Made by a program: the position numbers and the translations under genes. The notes below the pieces were generated by a model that was given only the letters and a program-made list of their open reading frames with translations, ran no database searches and was not told the DNA's origin. A stretch of DNA of 64,000 bases from Vicinamibacteria bacterium (GTDB lineage Bacteria > Acidobacteriota > Vicinamibacteria > Marinacidobacterales > Marinacidobacteraceae), in assembly GCA_964291235.2 (NCBI GenBank), contig OZ219815.1, positions 992,001-1,056,000 of the forward strand, in the 5' to 3' direction. This document shows, in pieces, positions 19,325 to 28,858 of the stretch; the stretch's first letter is position 1, and each line of letters starts with the position of its first letter.

Positions 19325-20003
19325 CCGGGGTCGGCGCGGCGGGGAACTCGTCGGTCGCGACCCCGAGACGTAGACCTGCCAACCGGTTCGTGACCGCGGC
19401 GACGGCGAAGCTCACCCCGGAGAGATTCTTTTCGCGCGGCAGCGGCGGCAGGGGCCGGGCCCAGGGAGCCGCGGTCAGGACCTTCCCGCGGCGACCCAGT
19501 TCGCCATAGTCGAGAGCAGGGTCGGCTTCTACCCCCAGCGCGCCCGGAACCGACACCAGACAACCCGGGACCAGCAGGGATCCCCGACCCGACCGGGGTG
19601 CGACGAGCGCGATGCCGGCCTTTCCCGCGGTGCGCCAGGCGTCGCGCAGGAGGGCTTCGCCTTCCGGGTCGCTTCCGACGGGAACGCCGGCGCTCAGATT
19701 CACGATCGCAGCATCGTTTTGCACCGCCCAGCGAATGCCGGCGGCCAGGCAATGAGGTGGAGCTTCCGTCCGGCGCCCGAAGACGCGGACCGAGAGCAGG
19801 GTGAAGGCGTCTCGCGGCAACCCGTCGGAGACCGTGGCCGCGACCGCGGTGCCGTGGCCGATTGCATCGGTCCAGTCGGCGAGGCGGTTCCCGCTCAGCC
19901 GGACCGACCCGTCGCGCCAGGAGACCCGGACTCCCCCGGCGACCGGTCCCACCTGGCGGTGTGACGGGTTGATTCCGGTGTCCAGAATCGCGATCCGGAG
20001 CAT
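19317..20003 (-). CDS. qhpE: S8 (subtilisin-like) leader peptidase of QHNDH gamma subunit
   Basis: Minimal S8 triad ILDTG / HGTAVA / SGVSFA in 228 aa; last gene of the qhp operon. Confidence 0.8.
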   Translation of the reverse strand: MLRIAILDTGINPSHRQVGPVAGGVRVSWRDGSVRLSGNRLADWTDAIGHGTAVAATVSDGLPRDAFTLLSVRVFGRRTEAPPHCLAAGIRWAVQNDAAIVNLSAGVPVGSDPEGEALLRDAWRTAGKAGIALVAPRSGRGSLLVPGCLVSVPGALGVEADPALDYGELGRRGKVLTAAPWARPLPPLPREKNLSGVSFAVAAVTNRLAGLRLGVATDEFPAAPTPAT

Positions 20004-20015
20004 CCTTGAGCAGAT

Positions 20016-21689
20016 TCAGTTCGCCGCTTCGATGCGGCCTTCCCGAAGCGCCAACACCTGATCGGCGACCTCCCCGAAGGCTCGGCGGTGCGTCATCACC
20101 AGCGCCGTCCGCTGCTTCAGCCAGGGGACCAGGCGCCGGACCAGCAGGGCCTCGGTCTCGCTGTCGAGCGCGGAACTCGGCTCGTCGAGGAGGATGAGGG
20201 CCGGATCCGCCAGCACCGCGCGGGCGATGGCGATCCGCTGGCGCTGGCCGGCTGACAGTTGCTGTCCCCGCTCCCCCACCACGGTGGCGAGACCGTCCGG
20301 CAGGCCCGCCAGGAAGTCGTCGAGCGCCGCGAGCCGCGCCGCCCGCGTGACTGCGGCGTCGTCCGCCTCCGGTCTTCCGTAGCGGATGTTGTCCGCGATG
20401 GCTTTATGCCAGAGGAAGGGTTCTTGTTCCACGACCGTGATCCCGCCCCGGAGATCAGCAAGGGAAAGCCGCCGGATGTCGGCGCCGGCCCAGGAGATCC
20501 TGCCCTCGTCCGGATCGAGGCGCCGCAGGATGAGATCGGTGAGCGTGGTCTTTCCCACGCCGCTCGGTCCGACCAGCACCGTCAGAGATTCCTCGGGAAG
20601 CGTGAGCGACACCCCGTCGAGCACCGGTTTGTCTTCCCTGCCGTACGAAAGGGACACGGATTCCACGTCGAGCGGCCCCCGCGGCGTCCTGGCCGCCACC
20701 GGATCCGCAGGGTCCTCGACACCCGGCGGCTCATCCAGCAGCTCGAATACCCGTTCGAAGGACGCCCGCGCGGCCCGCAGTCCCAGGTACTGGCCGAGAA
20801 GACCCTGAACGGGCCCGAAAAGGCGCATCTGGTAGGTCATCGCGGCCCCCAGGGTGCCCAGCGTGAGATTTCCCTGGATCACCTGGTAGCCGCCGTAGAG
20901 GAATGCCGCGGCGCCGGCGATCGAGACCAGGGACGACGGAATCCCCGAGGCGACGTAGGTAGTCCGCCGCGTCCGCAGCAGCGTGTGGATGAAGCGGTCG
21001 TTTTCGGTTCGAAACCGGTTTGCTTCGCGTGCCTCCTGTCCGAAGGCCACCGTCTGCCGCATCCCGAGCACGGACTCGACGAGCGCGCTGCTCACCGACG
21101 CGCCCGCCTCCCGGAGCCGGCGGTTCTCGTCGGTTACGCGGGTCCGGAGCCGCTTCAGCGAAAAGGCCGCGATCGGGAGGACGAGTACGGCGGGCACCAG
21201 CAGCGCCGGCGCCAGCGCGAGCACCAGCACGAGCGCTACCACCAGCCCGAGCACGTTCTGGGACAGCGAGAGCAGGAGGTCGCCCGCGGTTCGCTGGAGT
21301 TCGGAGACGTCGGTGTTGAGCCGGGACAGAAGGTCTCCGGTGCGGGTTCCAGCGAAAAAGCGCGGCGAGAGCTGCTGGAGGCGGCGGTACACGGTCAGCC
21401 GCAGGTCGAACAGGGCGCGCGCCGAAAGGCCGACGTAGCGGTAGCCGGTGTAGGACGTCAGGACCAGGCCGCCGACCTGCATCACGACCATCAGCGCCGC
21501 GAGCTGGAGCAGCAGCGTGAAGTTGCCGCCGAGCAGCGCGTCGTCCAGCAGGGGAACCAGCAGCAGCGGCCAGAGCTGCCCGGGGAGTCCCGCCAGCAGC
21601 GAGAGAACGAGAACTCCCGACAACCTCCGCCAGTACGGAAGCGTGAGGCGAAACGCACGCCGATAGATATCGGCGCCTGGGGGTTTCAG
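20016..21689 (-). CDS. qhpF: ABC exporter (fused permease/ATPase), QhpF-like
   Basis: TM domain plus GPSGVGKT, LSAGQRQR and ILLDE. First canonical start is TTG 21623; in-frame CTG 21689 overlaps the qhpB stop. Confidence 0.8.
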   Translation of the reverse strand: MKPPGADIYRRAFRLTLPYWRRLSGVLVLSLLAGLPGQLWPLLLVPLLDDALLGGNFTLLLQLAALMVVMQVGGLVLTSYTGYRYVGLSARALFDLRLTVYRRLQQLSPRFFAGTRTGDLLSRLNTDVSELQRTAGDLLLSLSQNVLGLVVALVLVLALAPALLVPAVLVLPIAAFSLKRLRTRVTDENRRLREAGASVSSALVESVLGMRQTVAFGQEAREANRFRTENDRFIHTLLRTRRTTYVASGIPSSLVSIAGAAAFLYGGYQVIQGNLTLGTLGAAMTYQMRLFGPVQGLLGQYLGLRAARASFERVFELLDEPPGVEDPADPVAARTPRGPLDVESVSLSYGREDKPVLDGVSLTLPEESLTVLVGPSGVGKTTLTDLILRRLDPDEGRISWAGADIRRLSLADLRGGITVVEQEPFLWHKAIADNIRYGRPEADDAAVTRAARLAALDDFLAGLPDGLATVVGERGQQLSAGQRQRIAIARAVLADPALILLDEPSSALDSETEALLVRRLVPWLKQRTALVMTHRRAFGEVADQVLALREGRIEAAN

Positions 21690-22759
21690 TTTCCGGAGCC
21701 GGCCCGGTAGCGGAGGGGATGGGGCGGGAGCATGAAGTCACCGCCGGCGAAGATCTCGGTCTCGGGCTCGAGCGTCTCCGCGTCGTACACATACATCGTG
21801 TCGCCGACGCCGGACACGAAGAGACGCTGCCCGTCCGCCGAGACGATCATCGAGATGTTGGTACGGCCCCGCTCGAAGCCTTTCTTGCGGAGAATGACCT
21901 GCCGGCTTTCCATGTCGATCACCGCCGCGTCGCTGAGGCCGGCATAGCCCCGCTTCCCGTCCGGAGAGATGGCAAAGCGGGCGAGCTGCATCTGGGGTCC
22001 CACCTCGTAGCGGCTGAAGGTCTTTTCGGGCAGCCGGATCTCCAGCAGGCCGAAGAGCTCCATCCCCTGGCGGGGCTCCACGGTCCGGTACACCCCGAAC
22101 AGCCGGCCGGGTTCGACCTCGTCGAGCGAGTGTCCGCGCACCCCTCCGTAGCCGGGCGCGAGCGGCCGGTCCAGCTCGATCCGGTCCGTTTCCTCGAAGG
22201 TCTCGGCGTCGAGTTCGATGATCTGATCGTTCACCAGGTACACCGACGAGCCATCGGGGCTGAAGTGAATGTTGGGGCGCCAGTCGCTCGCGTTACCGAG
22301 CGGGATCTGGTGCGTGACTTCCCGCCGCTCGCGGTCGAAGACCCAGATTTCCGACGGTGTCTGGTGGATGAAACGGTCGGGCTCCAGGTCCACTACGACG
22401 GGCACCAGAAAGACCCGCCGCGCGTTCGGACCCGGGGTAGCGCTCATGAAGCGGACGCGGCGGCCCACGGTGCTGAGCTGGAAGTCGTCCACTACCGCCA
22501 TCTCGGCTGCGTCGAAGATCTCGACGATTTCCATCCGGCCGGTCACGATGGCGACGAAGCGCCCGTCGGCCGTCCAGGTGTTGTTGGTGGCGGCCCCGTG
22601 CCGCAGGCTTCCGACCTTCTCGAAGGTCAGGGATTCCTGGTCGAAGGTGATGAGCTGGTCGGGCCAGATTCCGGCGAGGAAGCGGTCCGTATCCTGCGCT
22701 GCCGCTGGCCCGGCGAAGAACGCGGCGATCGCGAGGCTGAGGAAGATCGGTCTGGTCAT
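21686..22759 (-). CDS. qhpB: Quinohemoprotein amine dehydrogenase beta subunit (beta-propeller; PeaD-like)
   Basis: Signal peptide ending AAA-Q, repeated SPDG/ADG propeller blades and C-terminal VYDAETLE...GGD. Directly follows the gamma subunit gene. Confidence 0.8.
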   Translation of the reverse strand: MTRPIFLSLAIAAFFAGPAAAQDTDRFLAGIWPDQLITFDQESLTFEKVGSLRHGAATNNTWTADGRFVAIVTGRMEIVEIFDAAEMAVVDDFQLSTVGRRVRFMSATPGPNARRVFLVPVVVDLEPDRFIHQTPSEIWVFDRERREVTHQIPLGNASDWRPNIHFSPDGSSVYLVNDQIIELDAETFEETDRIELDRPLAPGYGGVRGHSLDEVEPGRLFGVYRTVEPRQGMELFGLLEIRLPEKTFSRYEVGPQMQLARFAISPDGKRGYAGLSDAAVIDMESRQVILRKKGFERGRTNISMIVSADGQRLFVSGVGDTMYVYDAETLEPETEIFAGGDFMLPPHPLRYRAGSGN

Positions 22760-22804
22760 CGACTCAAGAGCGAGTGCGGTCCTGGAAGGGTGGAGAAATC
22801 TCCC

Positions 22805-23131
22805 TCATGGGAAGACGAGGTCGATCTCCCTCCAGTCCTGGGTGGCGGCAGCACAGTTCTTGTGCCAGTCGGGGCTGTTGTTCAGGTAGTCGGGTACCTG
22901 GGCAGGCCAGTAGCAGGTCTTGTAGCAGTCGTAGAGGTCCCGCTCCATCGGCTGGCAGAGCGCGGCGGTGCCGCCGGTCGCATCCACCTCCCAGCCCGGC
23001 GAGAAGATCGTCGTGCATCCGGACGGATAGTGCGGTCCCGGGTCGTCGGCGGTGGCGCGCGCCGCGCCGCCGCCCTCGAGCCACTCGGTAGCGAAGCGCG
23101 CCTTGAGGTTCTTGGGGGAGAGGTGTTTCAT
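22805..23131 (-). CDS. qhpC: Quinohemoprotein amine dehydrogenase gamma subunit precursor (CTQ-bearing)
   Basis: MKHLSPKNLKA leader, GCTTIFSPGWEVD, LCQPMERDLYDC..CYWPAQVPD and QDWR...VFP. AGGAG RBS. Confidence 0.95.
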   Translation of the reverse strand: MKHLSPKNLKARFATEWLEGGGAARATADDPGPHYPSGCTTIFSPGWEVDATGGTAALCQPMERDLYDCYKTCYWPAQVPDYLNNSPDWHKNCAAATQDWREIDLVFP

Positions 23132-23140
23132 GGCGGTCTC

Positions 23141-24583
23141 CTAGGGGGTCTGCCGCACGGCCTGCAGCATTCCCTCGAAGCGAGCGAGGAACTGAGGATT
23201 CCGGTCAAGGATACGCCCGTACGCGGAGAGGCCGAGGGCGGTCCAGTCGCGGATCCAGTCACAGTAGTGGAGGTTGGGGCGGAAACGATCGCCGTAGCGC
23301 ACCTGTGCCTCGTGGTAGCAGCCGCCGGAACAGAGGCTGCGGACCCAGCACTGGCTGCAGTCGGTACGGGCGTCGATGTGAGCCTTCTTCAGGTGTTCGG
23401 CGCGCTTTTCTTCGCTGATCCCCGTGGCCACGTGTCCCAGATCATGGTCGCCGGAACCGGCGAACCGGTGGCAGAGGCCGACCTCGCCGCCCGGGGCGAC
23501 TCCGACGAGCCCGAGTCCGGCCCCGCAGGGGTACGCCTTGCTTACGCCCTCGTGGATTTCGCCGAGCAGGTCGCTGAGGTTCGAAAACCCGAGATAGCGG
23601 CCCTCGGTGGCTGCTTCCACATAGTCATCGGCGATACCCCGGAACTGGTCGAGCAGTTCGTCGAAGCCGTCCTCGCCGAGGGCGTAATCCTGGTCGGGAG
23701 ACGAAGTGACCGGAGCGAAGCCCACCTCGTAGAAGCCGAGCCCGATCAGGTGTTCGAAGATCCGCGGGACATCGAGGTTCTTCGACGTGACGGTCACCCG
23801 GGCGCCGACCGGCCGTTTCTGGAGCTTCAGGAACTCGGCGATCCGGGGCGCGATCACGTCGTAGCTGCCCATGCCGCTCCGGTACACCCGCATGGAATCC
23901 TGGAACTGTTTGTCGCCGTCCACCGAGATCGTCACCCCGATCCCGTTGTCCGCGATCCACTGGGAGATCTCGCGGGTGAGCAGGGTGGCATTGGTGGTGA
24001 GGCTGAAGTCCACCCGTTTTCCGGCCTGCTGTGCCGCTTTCCGGGCGTACTCCACGGTCGGGCGGATCACCCGCCAGTTGAGCAGCGTTTCCCCACCGAA
24101 GAACGTCACCTGCAGGTCCCGGGCTTCCCCGGAGTCGGTGATGAGCCGATCCACCGATTGGCGTGCGATTTCTTCGGTCATCGCGGCCGGAACCTCGGCC
24201 TCGGCGATCCGGTCGTCCCCGTACTCGTAGCAGTAGCGACAGGCGAGGTTGCAGGAGTTCGTGATGTTCAGCACCACCGTGCGGATCGGCGGCGGACCGT
24301 CCACCTCCTGGAGGCCGCCGAGCGGAATGAGCGGGGTTCCCTGACGGGCCACCGCTCCCACTCCCGCCAGCTCCCGGAGCGCGGCTTCTTCCTCAGGCGA
24401 CTCGACGACCTCCGCCGGGGGTCTGGGCCCGGCGGCGAGCCGGTCGAGCACCCGTTCGCTCGTTTCGTCGAGCTCGAAGATCATCGAGGAGGGGACGAGG
24501 AACGCGTAGTTCCGCTCTCCACCATGGAAGCGGTGCATCTGCGTCGCTTCGACCAGGGTTTGGGAGGGGGTAGGAACGCTCAT
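23141..24583 (-). CDS. qhpD: Radical SAM/SPASM thioether-forming maturase (PeaB-like)
   Basis: CNLACRYC, FFGGETL and SPASM motif PCGAG...LCHRF...CSQCWVRSLCSGGCYHE...HYC. ATGA overlap with qhpA. Confidence 0.93.
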   Translation of the reverse strand: MSVPTPSQTLVEATQMHRFHGGERNYAFLVPSSMIFELDETSERVLDRLAAGPRPPAEVVESPEEEAALRELAGVGAVARQGTPLIPLGGLQEVDGPPPIRTVVLNITNSCNLACRYCYEYGDDRIAEAEVPAAMTEEIARQSVDRLITDSGEARDLQVTFFGGETLLNWRVIRPTVEYARKAAQQAGKRVDFSLTTNATLLTREISQWIADNGIGVTISVDGDKQFQDSMRVYRSGMGSYDVIAPRIAEFLKLQKRPVGARVTVTSKNLDVPRIFEHLIGLGFYEVGFAPVTSSPDQDYALGEDGFDELLDQFRGIADDYVEAATEGRYLGFSNLSDLLGEIHEGVSKAYPCGAGLGLVGVAPGGEVGLCHRFAGSGDHDLGHVATGISEEKRAEHLKKAHIDARTDCSQCWVRSLCSGGCYHEAQVRYGDRFRPNLHYCDWIRDWTALGLSAYGRILDRNPQFLARFEGMLQAVRQTP

Positions 24584-26211
24584 TGCCCTGTCCTTTGCGG
24601 GAACAGGTCCCAGTAGAGGAAGACCGGCGGGGAGACCACCAGCCGGGCGCGGTCCCGCAGCGTCTCGCCGGTCTCCGGATCCTCGTGTTCGGCGACCACC
24701 CACACGTCCCCCATGTTGTCCGCCATGAGTTCGCGCTCCGGGTTCGGGCCGTCGAGTCCCGGAGTGAACAAACCGCGCTCGTCGATGTTGCCGACGAAGC
24801 GGGTGTCCGCGTCCTCGTCCCGGATGTAGTACTCCTCGGTGGTCCAGGTGACCTCGACCGGACCGAGCGCCAGGTCGTCGTCGGTGAGTCGCTCGCCATC
24901 GGGTCCCCGGTGCCAGCCGCTCACCTCGAACTGGACGAACTGCTTGGGGGCCACCGCGCCGCCGACCCGGGAAAGCGCCATCTCGGGGGACACCCGAATG
25001 TAGTCCGCGCCGTCATGAACGGCGAAGCCGTCCACCAGCCGGATACCGCCGACGGAGACGTCGCGATACCCAAGGGACGCCTCGGCGTCAATCCGAAGGT
25101 CCACAGTCAGTTCCATTTCGGAGACCCGGCGGGCGCTCTCGACCGTGACCCCGGACCCGAAATCGAGCGTGGAGGCGGCGTCCTCCGCAAACCCGGCCCC
25201 GAGCAGCCGCACCCCGGTGGCGGTCGTGCCGGTCCGTCCCGCGGGAGGCCAGGCGGCCGCAATCTGCACGCCGCCCGCCGCCCGGGTGAGCGTCACGTCC
25301 AGGCCGTCCTCTCCGAAACGTCCCCGGAAGAGCCGGCCGCTGAGCGTCCGCCCATCCTCGGAAAGGATCAGGGCCGCCCGCCGTTCCTGGAGGCGATCGC
25401 CCTGCGCCCGTCCCCGGAAGGAAAACCCGCCGTACAGGACCCCGGCCCCGAGGCGGCGTTCGGCGGTTCCGTCGCCGAGCACCAGATTCGCCTCGTATCC
25501 GTAGTTTCCGTCGCCCGCGTCATCCGGACGGAATTCCACGATTCCGCCGATCGGCCCGCCGCCCGGCTGGTGGCCCCGCAGGAACCAGCGCCCGGCGATG
25601 CCGGGACCGGGTCCCTTGGCGCGGTAGGTCCGCCACGCCTGGGTCTCGAAGGGGTACTTCTCCTTGAGCTGGTCGAGCACCCGGTCCACCGCCCAGCGAT
25701 CCTCGGGGTCTTCGCCGCGGAAGGTCTGTCCCTCGATGGTCGGGAAGTACCCGACATGCATCCCCTTCAGCAGGGCCCATTCCTCGGCTGTCCGGCGCTG
25801 GGTGCGGAAGCGCGCGGTGAGGTGGCAGCGGGAGCAGGTCTCCTGCAGCAGCTCTTCGCCTTCGGCGAACGTCTCCTGGTGGGGCCGCTGCTCCGCCAGA
25901 TAGAAGTAGGGCCGCTCCTCCTCCGGCGCCAGTCCGTGGTTGTCGGTCAGATACCGCACCACGTCGCGCGCCTCTTCCGCCTCGAGGCTCACGTTGCCGG
26001 TCCGGATCATCCGGATGATGGTGATCTGCCAGCCCTCGGCCGATTTCCGCTGCCAGGAGATCCTTGACATCCGACCGGCGTCGTCCGTCGCGTGACAACT
26101 GCCGCAGGCGGCCTGGACGAGGGGACTCGTTACCGGAATCCCGTCCTCGGCTTCCGCCAACGCGGTCGGCCCGAGGAGCGAAAGAATGGCAATCGCGGCG
26201 GCGGTACGCAT
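24580..26211 (-). CDS. qhpA: Quinohemoprotein amine dehydrogenase alpha subunit (di-heme c; PeaA-like)
   Basis: Signal peptide, two CxxCH (CGSCH, CSRCH), SRISWQRKSAEGW...RM, QRRTAEEW and GLFTP..DGPNPER...NMG. Confidence 0.95.
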   Translation of the reverse strand: MRTAAAIAILSLLGPTALAEAEDGIPVTSPLVQAACGSCHATDDAGRMSRISWQRKSAEGWQITIIRMIRTGNVSLEAEEARDVVRYLTDNHGLAPEEERPYFYLAEQRPHQETFAEGEELLQETCSRCHLTARFRTQRRTAEEWALLKGMHVGYFPTIEGQTFRGEDPEDRWAVDRVLDQLKEKYPFETQAWRTYRAKGPGPGIAGRWFLRGHQPGGGPIGGIVEFRPDDAGDGNYGYEANLVLGDGTAERRLGAGVLYGGFSFRGRAQGDRLQERRAALILSEDGRTLSGRLFRGRFGEDGLDVTLTRAAGGVQIAAAWPPAGRTGTTATGVRLLGAGFAEDAASTLDFGSGVTVESARRVSEMELTVDLRIDAEASLGYRDVSVGGIRLVDGFAVHDGADYIRVSPEMALSRVGGAVAPKQFVQFEVSGWHRGPDGERLTDDDLALGPVEVTWTTEEYYIRDEDADTRFVGNIDERGLFTPGLDGPNPERELMADNMGDVWVVAEHEDPETGETLRDRARLVVSPPVFLYWDLFPQRTGQ

Positions 26212-26274
26212 GCGACCTTTCAGTGTATGGGTTCCCGCTCGCCCACGCTACCGGCGGGGTGGTACAAACGGGGG

Positions 26275-27513
26275 ATGATGAACATCCTGTCCCGCCGCAG
26301 TTTTCTGGGCGCCGGCGCCTCCGCCGCTGTCTTTTCGCCTGGGGTGGCGAGGGGGTTGACCGGTTCCGAGATCGAAGCCCGGTCCGCGGGCCGCGAAGTT
26401 GCCGAATTCGGAATCTCCATGTGGGACCTCGACACTCCGGCGCTGCTGGTGGATCTGGATGCGCTGGAGGCGAACATCGCGCACATGGCGGCGACCGCCA
26501 CGGCCAACGGCATCGCGCCGCGTCCGCACGCCAAGACCCACAAGTGCCCGGCGATCGCCCGGATGCAACTCGAGGCGGGCGCCGTGGGTATCTGCGTCGC
26601 CAAAGTCGGCGAGGCGCAGGCGCTGTTCGACCACGGAATCGACCGGCTGCTGCTGACCACCAGTAACGTGACCCCGTTCAAGATCCGCCGTGCGATGGGG
26701 CTCAGGAAGCAGTGCCCGGGCTTTGTCCAGACGACGGACACCGAGGAGAACGCCCGCGCGCTGTCCGAAGCCGCGACGGCCGCCGGCATCAACGCCGAGG
26801 TGACGGTGGACGTGGATCCGGGAGGGCACCGGACCGGGATCACCCCGGGCGAGCCGGCGCTCAAGCTGGCCCAACTGGTGGATCAGCTACCCGGTCTCAC
26901 CCTGCGGGGACTGCTCTGCTACGACGGCGGCTCGCAGCACGTGAAGGGTTTCGAGAAGCGGAAGGCCCAGACCCTCGGGCGGTTGGCGGCGGCGGCGGAC
27001 ACCTGCGAACGGATGGCCGCTTCCGGGCTCGACACCGGCATTTTCAGCGGCGGTGGAACGGGCAGCTACAACATCGACCACGAGACCCCCGGCTTCACGG
27101 ATGTCCAGGTCGGCAGCTACGTCTTCATGGACGCCCAGTACCTGGAGATCGGCGGAGCCACGGATCCGGACGTCTATACCGATTTCCAGCCGTCGCTGAC
27201 GATCCTCGCGACCGTGCTCAACGCTCAATACGAGGGCCGCGCCACCACCGACGCCGGCGCCAAGGCCTGCACCATCAACCGGCCCTGGGCGATCGTGAAG
27301 GGCGAGAGCGGCATGAGCTACACGTCGGGCTCCGACGAGTTCGGCACCATCCGCTACGAGGATCCGAGCCGTACCTACAAAGTCGGCGACAAGCTGGAGC
27401 TCATCGTCTCCCACTGCGATCCGGTGGTGAACCTCTACGACCGGATGTACGCGGTAAGGGGCGGTCTCGTGGAAGCGGTGTGGCCGATCGCGGCGCGGGG
27501 CATGTCCACCTGA
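26275..27513 (+). CDS. DSD1-family PLP enzyme (D-threonine aldolase/D-serine dehydratase-like) with Tat signal
   Basis: LDTPALLVD, RPHAKTHK (PLP lysine), GGGTG, DAGAK and SHCDPVVNL. N-terminal SRRSFLG. Confidence 0.88.
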   Translation: MMNILSRRSFLGAGASAAVFSPGVARGLTGSEIEARSAGREVAEFGISMWDLDTPALLVDLDALEANIAHMAATATANGIAPRPHAKTHKCPAIARMQLEAGAVGICVAKVGEAQALFDHGIDRLLLTTSNVTPFKIRRAMGLRKQCPGFVQTTDTEENARALSEAATAAGINAEVTVDVDPGGHRTGITPGEPALKLAQLVDQLPGLTLRGLLCYDGGSQHVKGFEKRKAQTLGRLAAAADTCERMAASGLDTGIFSGGGTGSYNIDHETPGFTDVQVGSYVFMDAQYLEIGGATDPDVYTDFQPSLTILATVLNAQYEGRATTDAGAKACTINRPWAIVKGESGMSYTSGSDEFGTIRYEDPSRTYKVGDKLELIVSHCDPVVNLYDRMYAVRGGLVEAVWPIAARGMST

Positions 27514-27629
27514 AGGGATCAGGAAGTTCCTGGTGCGGGTGGCGTGTCGCAATCCGGGAACGGCTGTACCGTTGCCGACCCGGGTTCGGATGCCTGTGGA
27601 ATAATTCGCCCCCTTTGGGAGAATAGCCA

Positions 27630-27860
27630 ATGACAGCCACAGAAGACCGTTTGGTACAACTCGCCGACGAGCAACTCGATCTCGGTCGCTCGCCCGATTT
27701 GGATCGCCGCTTCTCCGACTCCGGGGTTTCCTCGGTGGACGTGGTGTCCTTCATCAAGGTCGTCACCGACGACTTCGGTGTCCCGATCACGGCCGGCGAG
27801 TGCGCGGGAGTTGCGAGCCTGCGCGACCTGGCCGGTTTCATCGATTCGCGCGCCGGCTGA
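27630..27860 (+). CDS. Free-standing acyl carrier protein (SupB-like)
   Basis: 76 aa, acidic, FSDSGVSSVD phosphopantetheine-type motif, ...DDFGVPI...SLRDL. GGAGA RBS. Confidence 0.8.
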   Translation: MTATEDRLVQLADEQLDLGRSPDLDRRFSDSGVSSVDVVSFIKVVTDDFGVPITAGECAGVASLRDLAGFIDSRAG

Positions 27861-27928
27861 CGCGAGCTGCGGCCCCGGCGTAGTCCGGCGCCGCGGGGTG
27901 CGCCCATGATCCCACCGAAACCCGCTCC

Positions 27929-28834
27929 GTGAGTTCGGAGGGGTTGTGGGAGGTTCCCAAGCCCCATACGGTAGCGGAGGTGCGTCTGGATGACGGGTCG
28001 GTGACCGCCCTCCGGCGGCACGGGAACCGGGAGGGGCCACGATTGGTCCTGAGCCACGGCAACGGTTTGGCCATCGATCTCTACTACCCCTTCTGGTCGC
28101 TGCTTGCCGACGATTTCGATCTCATCGTTTACGACCTGAGGAATCACGGCTGGAACGCCGTCGGCTCCCGCGAGGCCCACAGCCTCCCCAGTTTCGTCCG
28201 CGATCACGACGTGATCCTCGAGGCGACAGATCGTCACTTTGGGGCCAAGGCCAAGGTCGGAGTGTTCCACTCGGTGGCGGCGCTGACCACGTTGCTGTCG
28301 TCCGGGACCGATAGCGGTTATACGGCGCGGGTCCTGTTCGATCCGCCGGTGTGCAAACCCGGCCGCAGCCAGGCGCAGTTCGACGCCGCCGCCGAATTCA
28401 CCGCAGCCATGACCCGTCGGCGAACGGACCGATTCCGATCGGAGACCGATTTCACCGCCGTGCTGAGCGTTGCCTCCGCTTTCAGCCGGGTGGCGCCCGG
28501 CGTCCTTGAACTCATGGCCCGGACGACGCTGCGCCGGACCGCGGACGGGGTTGCGTATGAGCTTCGCTGCCCCAAGGAATACGAGGCCCAGATCGTCGAT
28601 TACGCGCGCGCGTTTTCTGTCCTGGTGGATCTGGAGGCGCTCACCTGTCCGACGAAAGTCATCGGCGCCGATCCGACCCTGCCCTATTCCTACCTGCCGA
28701 CGTTCGACATGAGCCACGTCATGACCGTGGACTACGACTTCATCCCGGAGACCACGCATTTCCTCCCGCTGGAGAATCCCGAGGCCTGTGCCGCCGCGAC
28801 CCGGGACTTCATGAGGCTGCAGAGTTCCTATTGA
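27929..28834 (+). CDS. Alpha/beta hydrolase of the sup cluster (thioesterase-like)
   Basis: LSHGNG oxyanion motif, YDLRNHG, FHS nucleophile elbow and C-terminal THFLPLE histidine. Confidence 0.85.
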   Translation: MSSEGLWEVPKPHTVAEVRLDDGSVTALRRHGNREGPRLVLSHGNGLAIDLYYPFWSLLADDFDLIVYDLRNHGWNAVGSREAHSLPSFVRDHDVILEATDRHFGAKAKVGVFHSVAALTTLLSSGTDSGYTARVLFDPPVCKPGRSQAQFDAAAEFTAAMTRRRTDRFRSETDFTAVLSVASAFSRVAPGVLELMARTTLRRTADGVAYELRCPKEYEAQIVDYARAFSVLVDLEALTCPTKVIGADPTLPYSYLPTFDMSHVMTVDYDFIPETTHFLPLENPEACAAATRDFMRLQSSY

Positions 28835-28858
28835 TCGCTGGGCAAGCCGCGCCGGGCG

